Shown here one piece after another: positions 42,013 to 52,186 of a stretch of 64,000 bases of DNA. Source of the stretch: Candidatus Planktophila sp. (lineage in GTDB: Bacteria; Actinomycetota; Actinomycetes; Nanopelagicales; Nanopelagicaceae); contig JBIIKH010000001.1 in the NCBI GenBank assembly GCA_044233285.1, positions 54,972 through 118,971 on the forward strand, written 5' to 3'. The notes under the pieces were generated by a model. It saw only the letters and a program-made list of their open reading frames with translations. It made no database searches and was not told the origin of the DNA. Both the position numbers and the translations under genes were made by a program. The first letter of the stretch is position 1. The number at the start of each line of letters is the position of its first letter.

Positions 42013-42690
42013 TTAGGCTTGCGGAAAGGCGGTTTTTAACGCTTCATAGGCTGCTCGTGCGGCTACCTGTTCAGCCTCTCGCTTACTCTTTCCAGTTCCT
42101 TCACTCATTACCTCACCGCTCAACATTGCAACTGCGGTGAAGTTCTTGTCGTGGTCTGGGCCATCTTCGCTAACAATATATTCAGGGGCACCTTTACCAA
42201 GTGATGCCGCCAATTCTTGTAGTGCTGTTTTTCCATCGAGCCCAGCACCTCTTGCAACGGCTGAATCCATTGTCGGAGTGATTAATGTGCGAACGATCTC
42301 AGTGCACTGTGCAAAACCAAATTGCAAATAAATAGCGCCAATCAATGCTTCAAGAGCATCGGCAAGAAGAGAGTTTTTGTCACGCCCGTTAGTTACCTCT
42401 TCGCCTTTTCCGAGACGAATGTATTGGCCTAGATTTAATCCACGCGCAATATCTGCGAGCGCACGCATATTGACAACACCAGAACGCAAAGGCGAAAGCC
42501 GACTTTCATCAAAATCTGGATAGCGTATGTACAGTTCCTCGGTAACAATTAAACCAAGAACAGAATCACCAAGAAATTCAAGGCGCTCATTAGTTTCTTT
42601 ACTTCCAGATTCATAGGCATATGAACGATGGGTAAAGGCTAACTCGAGCAAAGCTGGATCGAGTGTTACTCCCAGCTGCTCACTGAGCAT
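42013..42690 (-). CDS. rnc: Ribonuclease III
   Basis: 'THRS', 'NERLEFLGDSVL', 'LADALEALIGA', dsRBD. Confidence 0.95.
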   Translation of the reverse strand: MLSEQLGVTLDPALLELAFTHRSYAYESGSKETNERLEFLGDSVLGLIVTEELYIRYPDFDESRLSPLRSGVVNMRALADIARGLNLGQYIRLGKGEEVTNGRDKNSLLADALEALIGAIYLQFGFAQCTEIVRTLITPTMDSAVARGAGLDGKTALQELAASLGKGAPEYIVSEDGPDHDKNFTAVAMLSGEVMSEGTGKSKREAEQVAARAAYEALKTAFPQA

Positions 42691-42700
42691 TGAACTCAGA

Positions 42701-42874
42701 TCAGACCTCTAATACCTGGCGACGGTTATATGTACCGCACGTTGGGCATGCTGTGTGCTGCAACTTAGGCTGCTGGCATTGTCCGCATGTTGATAGAGAG
42801 GCTGCAGTAGTTTTCCACTGGCTACGACGTGAGCGCGTCTTTGAACGCGACATTTTTCGCTTTGGTACTGGCAC
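42701..42874 (-). CDS. rpmF: 50S ribosomal protein L32 (Zn-binding C+ form), absent from the ORF track
   Basis: Hand-translated: MPVPKRKMSRSKTRSRRSQWKTTAASLSTCGQCQQPKLQHTACPTCGTYNRRQVLEV (57 aa, GTG start). Confidence 0.95.
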   Translation of the reverse strand: MPVPKRKMSRSKTRSRRSQWKTTAASLSTCGQCQQPKLQHTACPTCGTYNRRQVLEV

Positions 42875-42941
42875 TGTTCGAACCTCTTCTCAATCCTTAA
42901 GCAACCACTGGGCTGCAGAGGGTTAGTATCCCCCAAAAAGG

Positions 42942-43535
42942 CTAAATCTTGAAATCGGGATCCTCCAGGGTTATCCCCCCTAGGGAAGCCCAACGCGCAT
43001 CGATTACTTCGTGGGCGTGTTCTTCGGGCAGTTCAGCCCACTTGCCCCCGCATTCTGGACATAAGCCCAGGCAATCCTGGCTACATACCGGGTTGGTGGG
43101 CAATGACAGGACGATCGCGTCTCGAATAGGGGTCTCCAGATCGAGGATATCCCCGTCCATCATGAACTCTTCTGCACCATCTAAATCTTCGCTTGTTAAA
43201 TCTTCAGAACTTCTCTTTTTCTTTTTACCACGTTCATTTGTTGGCTCATAGTTGTAGAGCTCTTGGATTTTGCGCTCAATGACAATCTCTACAGGATCAA
43301 GGCACCTAATGCACTCTCCTTGCGCAACGGCATACACCTCAGCGCTGAGCAATATACCTTCGGTGACAGACTCTAAACGTGCGTCAACTTCAATGAACTC
43401 ACCTGCCGGTACGGAAATCAAATCAACGCCGAACTTTTCCTTCACAACAATATCTAACTCATACTCCTTCATCTCGCCTGCTCGTCGAGGCAGCTCATAT
43501 GTATTGAGCTTGAAGGAATCTAAGGCTTTAGTCAT
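42942..43535 (-). CDS. yceD: YceD/DUF177 family protein
   Basis: 'ECIRCLD', 'LDLETPIRDAIVL', 'CSQDCLGLCPECG', 'DARWASL'; start moved to ATG 43535. Confidence 0.88.
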   Translation of the reverse strand: MTKALDSFKLNTYELPRRAGEMKEYELDIVVKEKFGVDLISVPAGEFIEVDARLESVTEGILLSAEVYAVAQGECIRCLDPVEIVIERKIQELYNYEPTNERGKKKKRSSEDLTSEDLDGAEEFMMDGDILDLETPIRDAIVLSLPTNPVCSQDCLGLCPECGGKWAELPEEHAHEVIDARWASLGGITLEDPDFKI

Positions 43536-44007
43536 CGGCAAGTTGAGACAAGACATCCTTGTCATTAGCCCCGGCAAGACGATCACGTCCACGAGAAACC
43601 GCATCCATTGTCTTGTTGAGAATTACCTCAAGTGTTGCAAGACGGCCATCAATGTATTGCTCGACCTCTTGCTTTTCTTGATCAGCGGTTTCGCGAGCAT
43701 CATCTAAGATCTTACGGGCCTCATCTCGAGCAATTTGCACAATTGAAGTTTGCTCAACCATTTGAGCAACATCCTCGCGTGCGATTGCAATGAGTTGCTC
43801 TGCACTAACTCGCGCTTCTTCAATAATCGCATCACGTGCTTCAATAATCTTTCGCGCAGATTCAAAATCAGTAGGGAGCGCTTCGCGAGCATCATCTAGA
43901 ATTTCGAGCATCTCAGCACGATGGACTACACAACTTGCAGAAAGTGGAACACCACGAGCTTCTTCAACTAGCGTGATTGCCGATGTTAATTTATCTACTG
44001 AATCCAT
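43528..44007 (-). CDS. Coiled-coil protein (SepIVA/DivIVA-like)
   Basis: 'LVEEARGVPLSASCVVHRAEML', heptad repeats; conserved coaD-x-yceD slot. Confidence 0.75.
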   Translation of the reverse strand: MDSVDKLTSAITLVEEARGVPLSASCVVHRAEMLEILDDAREALPTDFESARKIIEARDAIIEEARVSAEQLIAIAREDVAQMVEQTSIVQIARDEARKILDDARETADQEKQEVEQYIDGRLATLEVILNKTMDAVSRGRDRLAGANDKDVLSQLADD

Positions 44008-44010
44008 TGT

Positions 44011-44490
44011 CTACTTCCCCGCTACTCGAGCTTTAAGTGCTTCATTTATTGATGGTGGAACCATTGTGGAAACATCGCCATTGTAATGGGCGAGTTCTTT
44101 TACTAGAGATGATGATAAGAAAGAATGCGCTGGAGAAGTTGCCATGAACATGGTTTCAACTCCGGAACCTTGTAAATTCACTTGAGCCATTTGGAGCTCA
44201 TAATCAAAGTCAGTAACCGCCCTCAAACCTTTAACGATCGCCTGAATTGAATTGCTCTTGCAATATTCGACCAAAAGTCCACTCCATGAATCCACTGAAA
44301 CATTGGGAAACTTAGTTGTCACATCTTGAATCATCCCAATGCGTTCAGCAACGGTGAAAAGACTTGATTTGGTGCGATTTTCCAGAACAGCCACAACCAC
44401 ATGATCAAACTGCTGGGCTGCACGCTCAATGATGTCTAAGTGCCCATAAGTGATGGGATCAAAGGATCCTGGGCATACCGCGCGCTTCAT
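44011..44490 (-). CDS. coaD: Phosphopantetheine adenylyltransferase
   Basis: 'PGSFDPITYGH', 'KGLR', 'DFDYE', 'SSSLVKE'. Confidence 0.95.
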   Translation of the reverse strand: MKRAVCPGSFDPITYGHLDIIERAAQQFDHVVVAVLENRTKSSLFTVAERIGMIQDVTTKFPNVSVDSWSGLLVEYCKSNSIQAIVKGLRAVTDFDYELQMAQVNLQGSGVETMFMATSPAHSFLSSSLVKELAHYNGDVSTMVPPSINEALKARVAGK

Positions 44491-44529
44491 GTGCCAAACG
44501 CTAGCAATACTGAGCCCAGTTATCCATTC

Positions 44530-45099
44530 TTATGGCTGGTAATTGGCGTAATAAATGGTCGCTTGCCCATATTTTCGCTCGCGCGCAGGCACGAAAGCAT
44601 CTGGCCATATGAATTGTTCTCCGCGTGTGGTGCGCTCTACTGCAATAAACGCATCCTTATTCAGAAATTCGTTATCGTGCAAGACACTCAATACATCTTC
44701 AACAGCCTGGTTTGAGAAATCATATGGCGGATCAATATAAACAAGATGATATCTAGATTTAGGTGCATCTTTTAAAAATCTTTCTGCGCTCATTCCATGC
44801 AAGTGAAAGCTTCCTATCGGATTAGATTTCTTTACAATTTCGAAATTTGTTTCAATAGTTTTTTGTGCCTCATCATCTTTTTCAACTACGTGAACAGATG
44901 TTGCTCCTCTAGACAATGATTCCAACCCGATTGCACCCGATCCTCCGAAGAGATCCAAAACATGCAATCCTTCAAAAGTTCCAAATTCAGATGTCAGTGA
45001 AGAGAAAAGTCCTTCGCGGGCTCGATCTGATGTGGGCCGAGTTGCACCAGCTACAACTCCAAGTGTTCGACCTTTTGCAACGCCGGCAATAATTCTCAA
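44530..45099 (-). CDS. rsmD: 16S rRNA m2G966 methyltransferase
   Basis: 'MRIIAG', 'RPTSDRARE', 'LDLFGGSG', 'DPPY'. Confidence 0.92.
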   Translation of the reverse strand: MRIIAGVAKGRTLGVVAGATRPTSDRAREGLFSSLTSEFGTFEGLHVLDLFGGSGAIGLESLSRGATSVHVVEKDDEAQKTIETNFEIVKKSNPIGSFHLHGMSAERFLKDAPKSRYHLVYIDPPYDFSNQAVEDVLSVLHDNEFLNKDAFIAVERTTRGEQFIWPDAFVPARERKYGQATIYYANYQP

Positions 45100-45103
45100 T
45101 TAA

Positions 45104-47275
45104 TCAACCCTTATCTAGATAGTCAACAGATTGATCTCGCTGTAATTGCGCAAGTTCTGCTTTCAACAAAGGATACTCCGACAAATCGTTATCTGTGGCA
45201 ATCAGTGCTTCTGCATCATCACGGGCCTGTTCAATCAATGCTTCATCACGCAAAACTCGTAGCAGTCGCAAGTGAGATTGAGTTCCAGATTGGCTGGCTC
45301 CAAGCACATCGCCCTCTCGGCGTTGTTCAAGATCTATTCGAGATAGTTCGAATCCATCTAAGGTACTCGCAACGGCATTTAACCTTTCGCGTGCGGGTGT
45401 TTCCTCTTCGCACTGAGTTACCAATAGACACAGCCCGGGTGAAGTTCCACGACCCACGCGTCCACGAAGTTGATGCAGCTGTGAAACACCAAAACGATCT
45501 GCATCCATAATCACCATGATTGTTGCATTCGGCACGTCAACACCAACCTCAATAACAGTTGTTGATACCAATACGTCGATATCGCCTTTGGTAAAGGCTT
45601 GCATCGTTGTGTCTTTTTCATCAGAAGATAAGCGGCCATGAAGTATCGCGATTTTTAACCCTTTCAAAGGCCCTGCGTGCAACTTTGGTGCCAATTCCTC
45701 AACAGATGTGATTTCAGATGATTCTTCTCCAAACAAGAAATCAATGTCAGCGTTTGCATCCGAATCAGCACTAATGCGCGGTGCAACTATGTATGCCTGA
45801 TGGCCTTGGGCAACTTCTTCGTTAATCCTTTGCCACGCTCTTTCTAAAAAGCTTGGCTTTTCTTTCACCGGAACAACATGCGTGGTAATTGGCTGTCGGC
45901 CTAAAGGTAACTCTCGCAAAGTTGAAACATCCAAATCACCAAATACCGTCATCGCCACCGTTCGCGGAATAGGTGTAGCCGTCATAACAAGTAGGTGTGG
46001 AGGCAGTACTGCCTTTTCCTTCAAGGCATCGCGTTGCTCAACGCCGAAGCGATGCTGCTCATCGACCACAATCAATCCCAAATCTTTGAACTCAACTTTT
46101 TCACCCAGCAATGCGTGCGTGCCAATCACGATCCCGGCACTTCCATTGGCAGCCATAGTCAACGCCTCTTTACGGGCTGCTGCATTCTGTGAGCCTGTAA
46201 TCAAAGTTACTTGTGTAGCCTTTTCAGAACCACCCAGCATTCCGCCTTGACCTAGATCTCCTAATAATTTCTGGATTGTTCGTAAGTGCTGGGCTGCTAA
46301 GACTTCAGTGGGTGCAAGAAGGGCCGCCTGTCCCCCGCTGTCAATCACTGCCAACATGGCACGTAAGGCAACAATAGTTTTTCCTGAACCAACTTCTCCT
46401 TGTAATAAGCGGTGCATGGGATGTGATTGAGCAAGATCTGATTCAATCTCTTTGCATACTGCAACTTGGCCTGCTGTTAGATCAAATGGCAGAGTCGCAT
46501 CAAAAGCATCTAGTAAGCCGCCACTAATGCGCTTTCTGGAAGTTGAATTCAACTTCTTTAATTCAATTCTGCGCATTACTAACAGCGATTGCAGCAAGAA
46601 AGCTTCATCAAAGGTCAAGCGCTCTCGTGAAAGTTCTGCGTGCTCCAAATCTGCCGGCTGATGCAACTGGACTAGTGCTTGATGCAGCGAAGGATAATTA
46701 TGCTTTTCTCGGATTGAATCAGGTAGAAAATCACTCACTTCTTCTAAGGCACCAATTGCTAACTGTGCACATTGCGAAATCTTCCACGATGGCATTTTGG
46801 CCGAAGCGGGATAAACAGGAAGATACTTACCTGCAAAGCCTTCAACTGCGCTATCAACATCTGAACCATCCGGAATCATTTCGTAATCTGGATGCGCTAG
46901 TTGTTTCTTATTGTTGAAGACCCCGACTTTGCCTGCAAACAACCCTTGTCGTCCAACCTTCAAATCCTTTTCTCGCCACGCTTGATTGAAAAAAGTGAGC
47001 GATAACTTGTCAGTTCCATCGGTGACCACAACTTCGAGCATGCTGCCTTTGCGCCCTCGCATAGGCCTAGTAGAGGCTGAGTACACCTGCGCCAATATTG
47101 TTGTCTCATCGCCTTCATGCAGAGCGGATATGTCGGAGAGCTCGCCACGCACCATGTATCGACGTGGGTAATGGCGCATGAGATCACCAACCGTTTTGAT
47201 GCCAAAGGTGGTCTGAAGAACCTTTGCCGTGCGGTCGCCAACGACCGCCGAAACCTTGTTCTCTAGATCTGCCAC
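45104..47275 (-). CDS. recG: ATP-dependent DNA helicase RecG
   Basis: 'LQGEVGSGKT', 'DEQH', 'MTATPIPR', 'QLHQLRGRVGR'. Confidence 0.95.
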   Translation of the reverse strand: MADLENKVSAVVGDRTAKVLQTTFGIKTVGDLMRHYPRRYMVRGELSDISALHEGDETTILAQVYSASTRPMRGRKGSMLEVVVTDGTDKLSLTFFNQAWREKDLKVGRQGLFAGKVGVFNNKKQLAHPDYEMIPDGSDVDSAVEGFAGKYLPVYPASAKMPSWKISQCAQLAIGALEEVSDFLPDSIREKHNYPSLHQALVQLHQPADLEHAELSRERLTFDEAFLLQSLLVMRRIELKKLNSTSRKRISGGLLDAFDATLPFDLTAGQVAVCKEIESDLAQSHPMHRLLQGEVGSGKTIVALRAMLAVIDSGGQAALLAPTEVLAAQHLRTIQKLLGDLGQGGMLGGSEKATQVTLITGSQNAAARKEALTMAANGSAGIVIGTHALLGEKVEFKDLGLIVVDEQHRFGVEQRDALKEKAVLPPHLLVMTATPIPRTVAMTVFGDLDVSTLRELPLGRQPITTHVVPVKEKPSFLERAWQRINEEVAQGHQAYIVAPRISADSDANADIDFLFGEESSEITSVEELAPKLHAGPLKGLKIAILHGRLSSDEKDTTMQAFTKGDIDVLVSTTVIEVGVDVPNATIMVIMDADRFGVSQLHQLRGRVGRGTSPGLCLLVTQCEEETPARERLNAVASTLDGFELSRIDLEQRREGDVLGASQSGTQSHLRLLRVLRDEALIEQARDDAEALIATDNDLSEYPLLKAELAQLQRDQSVDYLDKG

Positions 47276-47410
47276 TCAGGCATTCTCTCGCTAAATCCCT
47301 TAAAACTCGGTCAAAAAGGGAGAATTGGCATTGAACCCCGCCTAAGGGGTACCCTTACGCCCTGTTCCCATTGGAACCAGATCTATAGAAAAGTTAAAAG
47401 GAGTACCGCT

Positions 47411-47596
47411 GTGGCATCAACATGCGATATCTGTGGCAAAGGGCCCAGCTTCGGAAACAATGTTTCTCACTCACAGGTCAAGACCCGTCGTCGCTGGAAT
47501 CCAAACATCCAGCGTGTTCGCACCCTTGTTGCTGGAACACCAAAGCGTCAAAACGTTTGTACCTCATGCCTCAAGGCAGGAAAAGTAACTCGCTAG
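47411..47596 (+). CDS. rpmB: 50S ribosomal protein L28 (C+ form)
   Basis: 'CDICGK..GNNVSHS..TRRRWNPN..CTSC'; SD AGGAG. Confidence 0.95.
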   Translation: MASTCDICGKGPSFGNNVSHSQVKTRRRWNPNIQRVRTLVAGTPKRQNVCTSCLKAGKVTR

Positions 47597-47609
47597 TTTT
47601 ATCGAACAG

Positions 47610-48530
47610 TTAATTGAAATGGCGCCAGGTTTCTGGCGCTTTTTTCATGTCTGCTCCAAGAACTCCGTTACCTTCAACAACTGTTCCAACGCAGAAACCA
47701 TCTAAATCAATTCCCGTCGCAAGAAATACATGATCCTCGCCACCTGCAAATATCCATTGCCACACATCTACATCCTGACTATCAGCTAATTCCTTTAATG
47801 TAGCAAACTCTGGGTGCTGGGTAATTAGTCCCTGATCAAATTTCAAAGCAACCTCTGATGCCTGCGCTAATTGATTAGCCTGGATAATTAGCGCATCACT
47901 CACATCACACATCGAATGTGCCCGGTTATTTGAAAATTGAATTGCCGACACATAGTCAACAGTGGGCGCGCTGTATTCAGAGATTGCATGAACAGCCAAA
48001 TCATCGTCAAGATCTTTTTCAATTATTGAAAGCCCCGCAGCAGACCACCCTGGCAACGAGGAGATATAAATTGAATCTCCAACCTTGGCCCCAGAACGAG
48101 TAATTGGGGTATCGACTTCTCCAATTGCTGTCAATGAAACAACAATGCACGGGCCCTTCGCTAAATCACCGCCCACCACAAATGCACCACAACTCCTTGC
48201 TTCATGCGCAATACCTTCTGCCAGTTCTTCAATCCACTCCATGCTTTCTTGACCGGTAAGAGTTACTGCGGCTACTAGGTATTTTGGTGTTCCACCCATC
48301 GCATAGACATCTGCCAAGTTTGCCGCTGTTATCTTGCGACCAATATCAAAGGCGCTACTCCACTTGGTTGAAAAATGAGTACCTTCAACGGCCATATCGG
48401 TTGTGATAACGGTTTGATCTGTTGTTGAAACAACTGCCGCATCATCACCAATTCCTACTTCGACCCCGCGATGCGTCAGGCCAAAAATGCGCGCTAACGC
48501 AGAAATTACGCCCGCCTCATCGAAGTTCAT
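47610..48530 (-). CDS. thiL: Thiamine-monophosphate kinase
   Basis: 'GIGDDAA', 'TTDMAVEGTHF', 'NLADVYAMG', 'DVSD', 'GGED'. Confidence 0.92.
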   Translation of the reverse strand: MNFDEAGVISALARIFGLTHRGVEVGIGDDAAVVSTTDQTVITTDMAVEGTHFSTKWSSAFDIGRKITAANLADVYAMGGTPKYLVAAVTLTGQESMEWIEELAEGIAHEARSCGAFVVGGDLAKGPCIVVSLTAIGEVDTPITRSGAKVGDSIYISSLPGWSAAGLSIIEKDLDDDLAVHAISEYSAPTVDYVSAIQFSNNRAHSMCDVSDALIIQANQLAQASEVALKFDQGLITQHPEFATLKELADSQDVDVWQWIFAGGEDHVFLATGIDLDGFCVGTVVEGNGVLGADMKKAPETWRHFN

Positions 48531-48606
48531 ACCACCTAGCCTAATCGACTAGAGAGTAAGGCAGGTTCTGCGGTAGCGTTTGAGCCTCGCAGCGAAAGGA
48601 CCTCAC

Positions 48607-48846
48607 ATGTCAGTACAAGCTTTCATTCTGATTCAAACTGAAGTTGGCAAAGCAACAGGAGTTGCAGATGCAGTCGCAAAGATCCCTGGGGTCACACTCT
48701 CTGAAGGTGTCACCGGTCCATACGATGTAATCATGCGCGCTGAAGCTTCAAGCATGGAAGATTTTGGTCGACTTGTACTGTCAAAGGTTCAAGGCGTACC
48801 GGGCATTACTCGCACATTGACCTGCCCTGTCACACACCTCAGTTAA
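48607..48846 (+). CDS. Lrp/AsnC ligand-binding-domain-only protein
   Basis: 'QAFILIQTEVGK', 'VTGPYDVI', 'ITRTLTC'; ATG 48607 after SD GAAAGGA. Confidence 0.85.
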   Translation: MSVQAFILIQTEVGKATGVADAVAKIPGVTLSEGVTGPYDVIMRAEASSMEDFGRLVLSKVQGVPGITRTLTCPVTHLS

Positions 48847-49871
48847 GAAGACAGCGCAGTATCTATAAGCGCTGAAATCAATTCCGTATAAGACACTCCT
48901 GATGCCTGCCACAATTTTGGGTAAACCGAGGTTCCGGTAAATCCAGGCATAGTGTTAACTTCATTAATAATTATTTCCCCGTCGTTTGTATAGAAGAAAT
49001 CACAACGAGCTAAGCCAGAACATCCCAACACATGAAATGCTGCAACCGCCAAACGTCTTATCTCCTCAGCATCAGCGTGTGGAATATCTGCAGGAATTCT
49101 TACTGTGGTTGCATCATCTAGATACTTGGCTTCAAAATCATAAAATTCAAATTTTGGGTTGATGATTATTTCACCAACAACTGAGGCGTCAACCTTGCCA
49201 TCTCGCTCAAGGACAGCACATTCAATTTCACGACCATTTACCGCCGATTCAATCAACACTTTATTGTCATATAGAAAAGCATCTTTGATTGCCGAATCTA
49301 ATCCTGCTTTGCTCTTAACTTTATGGGTCCCACGGCTTGATCCACCGCTAGAAGGTTTTACAAATACCGGATAACTCAAGGATCCCGTTTTGCTCTGCCA
49401 ATCCTGCTCGTTGACATCTAGTCCATCTGCAACTTTCATACCGCTGGATGCAAAGAGTAGCTTTGCAATGGCTTTATCCATTGCCTGCGCCGATGCACTC
49501 ACGCCGCTTCCGACATAGGCAAGATCGGCTTGTTCTAGCATTTGCTGGATCTTTCCATCTTCACCGAATTCACCGTGCAAAACAGGAAAAACGCAATCAA
49601 CATCTAGAAGTTCTCCGCCAATTGAAAATCCCGAAGAACTCAATTCGACATGCTGCCCGTTATCTTGAATCACTGGCATTTTTTTATCTACGATCTCTAA
49701 CTGATAATCAATTGGTAACAAGACCCAGGTGCCTGACTTGGTAATTCCAATTAATGCCGGATCAAAACGCTCCGAGTCCAAACCCTTGAGTACTCCCCCT
49801 GCTGACACACAAGAAACCTCGTGCTCGCTGCTTGGGCCACCGCAAATGATTGCGATTACTTGCTTGCTCAC
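48843..49871 (-). CDS. ddl: D-alanine--D-alanine ligase
   Basis: 'GGPSSEHEVS', 'LHGEFGEDG', 'FYDFEAKY', 'INEVNTMPG'. Confidence 0.95.
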   Translation of the reverse strand: MSKQVIAIICGGPSSEHEVSCVSAGGVLKGLDSERFDPALIGITKSGTWVLLPIDYQLEIVDKKMPVIQDNGQHVELSSSGFSIGGELLDVDCVFPVLHGEFGEDGKIQQMLEQADLAYVGSGVSASAQAMDKAIAKLLFASSGMKVADGLDVNEQDWQSKTGSLSYPVFVKPSSGGSSRGTHKVKSKAGLDSAIKDAFLYDNKVLIESAVNGREIECAVLERDGKVDASVVGEIIINPKFEFYDFEAKYLDDATTVRIPADIPHADAEEIRRLAVAAFHVLGCSGLARCDFFYTNDGEIIINEVNTMPGFTGTSVYPKLWQASGVSYTELISALIDTALSS

Positions 49872-50869
49872 CGAATAAAGTTTTCTGCTTTGGTAGTTAT
49901 CTCCATTAGGCGATCTAACGCCTCTGTAGGTGTGATTGAACCAGAAACTACATCTGCAACGGCTTCGATGACCGGGACCTCAACACCAACGCGGTGAGCG
50001 ATTTCTAAAATCGCACTAGACGAAGCCACACCTTCAACGGTCTTGGCAACTTCTCTACGTGCAACTTCCATCGAAGCGGTTCGTCCTAGTACTTCGCCAA
50101 ATGTTCGATTTCTAGACAAGGCAGAACCACAACTAGCTACCAGGTCCCCCATACCGGCAAGTCCTGCAGCACTTAAGGGATCTGCATTGTGGGCTGCGCA
50201 AAGTCTTGCTACTTCATTGAGTCCGCGGGTGATAAGCATGGCTTGGGTATTTTCACCAAACCCTAAGCCGATTGAAATTCCAACTGCAAGTGCGATTACG
50301 CTCTTGATCGAGCCAGCTAATTCGCATCCTAAAATATCCACGGATGTGTAGACACGGTAATAGGGAGTTGCAAATAGTTGTTGTACTTTTTCAGCTAAAG
50401 CACTCGTTGAAGCAGCAGCAACGGCTCCTGCTGGCTGACGCAGAATAAGTTCATTGGCAAGGTTTGGCCCAGTAATGATTGCTACATTGTCTGTTTCCAT
50501 GACTTCCTGAACAATTTCAGTCATACGAGACAACGTGCTGACTTCAATTCCTTTAAGTGAACTGACATAGATAGCACCTGGTTGCACATAAGGCTTCCAA
50601 CTCATTAAATTCTCTCGCAGAGTTTGTGCCGGCACAGCCAAAATATAAATATTGGAGTACTCAAAAGCCTCTTTGATATCAGTTGTTGCCCTGAGTCCGA
50701 GTGGAAGAGCGTTTTCACCCAAGTAATACGCGTTGGTGTGCTTGTCGTTGATTTCATCTACGACCGATTGATTACGACCCCAAATCAGCACATGGTTGCC
50801 GGCGTCGCACAAAACTTGAGCAAGGGTGCTTCCCCATTGCCCTGCACCAAGAACTAATACTTTGCTCAC
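49868..50869 (-). CDS. gpsA: NAD(P)H-dependent glycerol-3-phosphate dehydrogenase
   Basis: 'LGAGQWG', 'KGIE', 'GPNLA', 'GMGDL', 'SRN'. Confidence 0.92.
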   Translation of the reverse strand: MSKVLVLGAGQWGSTLAQVLCDAGNHVLIWGRNQSVVDEINDKHTNAYYLGENALPLGLRATTDIKEAFEYSNIYILAVPAQTLRENLMSWKPYVQPGAIYVSSLKGIEVSTLSRMTEIVQEVMETDNVAIITGPNLANELILRQPAGAVAAASTSALAEKVQQLFATPYYRVYTSVDILGCELAGSIKSVIALAVGISIGLGFGENTQAMLITRGLNEVARLCAAHNADPLSAAGLAGMGDLVASCGSALSRNRTFGEVLGRTASMEVARREVAKTVEGVASSSAILEIAHRVGVEVPVIEAVADVVSGSITPTEALDRLMEITTKAENFIR

Positions 50870-51648
50870 TTTTTCTTTTCCTTCTTAAAGTTGCCGGTTC
50901 GAGGTAGCGCTGATGTGTGTGGATCAAAAATGATTGCTGGTCTTTTCTCTCCGCGAATTCCTTCAAGGATAGTCGTTAGCTCGCGCATGGCATAGGCAGT
51001 TGCCTCAATCAGCGCCTGCGGATCATTTTCTTTCCCAAACCATGGAGAAAAATCTAAGGGCTTGCCACATATCAAAGTGATTTTTGTGCGTGGGAACAAT
51101 TTTATTTTCTTTCCATAAGTGGGCATTGCAATTTGAGTCCCCCACTGCACAATTGGAATTACCGGTGCTTTAGTAGTAATCGCAAGTCGAGCAAGGCCGG
51201 TCTTTGCAACCATTGGCCAATGATCGGCATCTCTAGTCAATGTTCCTTCTGGATAGACGCCAACGCAATGGCCAAGCTCTAATAGTCGCACTGCATGATC
51301 CAAAGCTTTAGAGGCATCCTTGCTTTCACGGGCAACCGGAACCATCCCTGCTGCCAGAACTATCTTTCCGATGACCGGAACCTTAAAAACACCTTCTTTG
51401 CCAAGATACCTGGGAGCACGACCATTTTTATATAAAAAGAAGGAGAGCAATAAAACATCAATGTATGAGAGATGATTACTAATCACAATTACTGGTCCAC
51501 TTTTGGGTAAGTTTTCCGAACCAATCCAGGTGCGCTTTGTGATCGCACGCAAAAGCGGAATTACAACAGTTGCGCCAATTCGAAACATAGGATTTACGCC
51601 AAGAGGCTTACCGGTCGGAGGAGCAAATGAAATCTTGTACTCCGTCAT
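50866..51648 (-). CDS. Lysophospholipid acyltransferase (second PlsC)
   Basis: 'NHLSYID', 'YPEGT', 'KTGLARLA'; start moved to ATG 51648. Confidence 0.88.
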   Translation of the reverse strand: MTEYKISFAPPTGKPLGVNPMFRIGATVVIPLLRAITKRTWIGSENLPKSGPVIVISNHLSYIDVLLLSFFLYKNGRAPRYLGKEGVFKVPVIGKIVLAAGMVPVARESKDASKALDHAVRLLELGHCVGVYPEGTLTRDADHWPMVAKTGLARLAITTKAPVIPIVQWGTQIAMPTYGKKIKLFPRTKITLICGKPLDFSPWFGKENDPQALIEATAYAMRELTTILEGIRGEKRPAIIFDPHTSALPRTGNFKKEKKK

Positions 51649-51674
51649 GTCCTCAATAATAGTCCGTAACATCC

Positions 51675-51709
51675 AAAAGCGGGGCTAGCCTTAGCCAACC
51701 CCGCTTTTT
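51675..51709. terminator. Intrinsic terminator after hup (bidirectional shape)
   Basis: AAAAGCGGGG-loop-CCCCGCTTTT. Confidence 0.85.
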
Positions 51710-51721
51710 AAAGCACAAGAA

Positions 51722-52186
51722 TTACTTCTTCTTAGCCTTCTTTACAACCTTCTTCGCTGCTGGCTTCTTCTTAGCAGGTGACTTCTTTGCAGGAGCCTTC
51801 TTAGCTGTCTTCTTGACAACCTTCTTTGCTGCCTTCTTTGGTGCAGCCTTCTTAGCAGCTGGCTTTGCAACTACCTTTGGCTCTGGCTTTGGTGCTGGAG
51901 CAAGCTTGCGATCTCCAGCAATAACTTCCTTAAGTGCCTTTGCAGGTAGGAAGCGTGCCTTCTTTGAAGCCTTGATCTTGATTGTCTCGCCAGTAAATGG
52001 GTTACGTCCCATACGTGCCTTGCGATCAACCTTCTTGAACTTACCGAAATCGTTGATCATTACATCTTCGCCCTTTGAAAGGTTGCGAATGATTGTGTCA
52101 AAAACGATATCTACAGCGTGTGCTGCTTCTTTCTTGCTGTCGTTGAAGTGTGGTGCTAACGCAGCAATGAATTGGGCCTTATTCAT
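51722..52186 (-). CDS. hup: HU family nucleoid protein with Lys/Ala/Pro-rich tail
   Basis: 'MNKAQ', 'FGKF', 'RKARMGRNPFTGE', PAKKA repeats. Confidence 0.92.
   Translation of the reverse strand: MNKAQFIAALAPHFNDSKKEAAHAVDIVFDTIIRNLSKGEDVMINDFGKFKKVDRKARMGRNPFTGETIKIKASKKARFLPAKALKEVIAGDRKLAPAPKPEPKVVAKPAAKKAAPKKAAKKVVKKTAKKAPAKKSPAKKKPAAKKVVKKAKKK

Noticed and set aside
42709-42993. 94-aa ORF from the track
   Set aside because: Wrong-frame shadow of rpmF and yceD.
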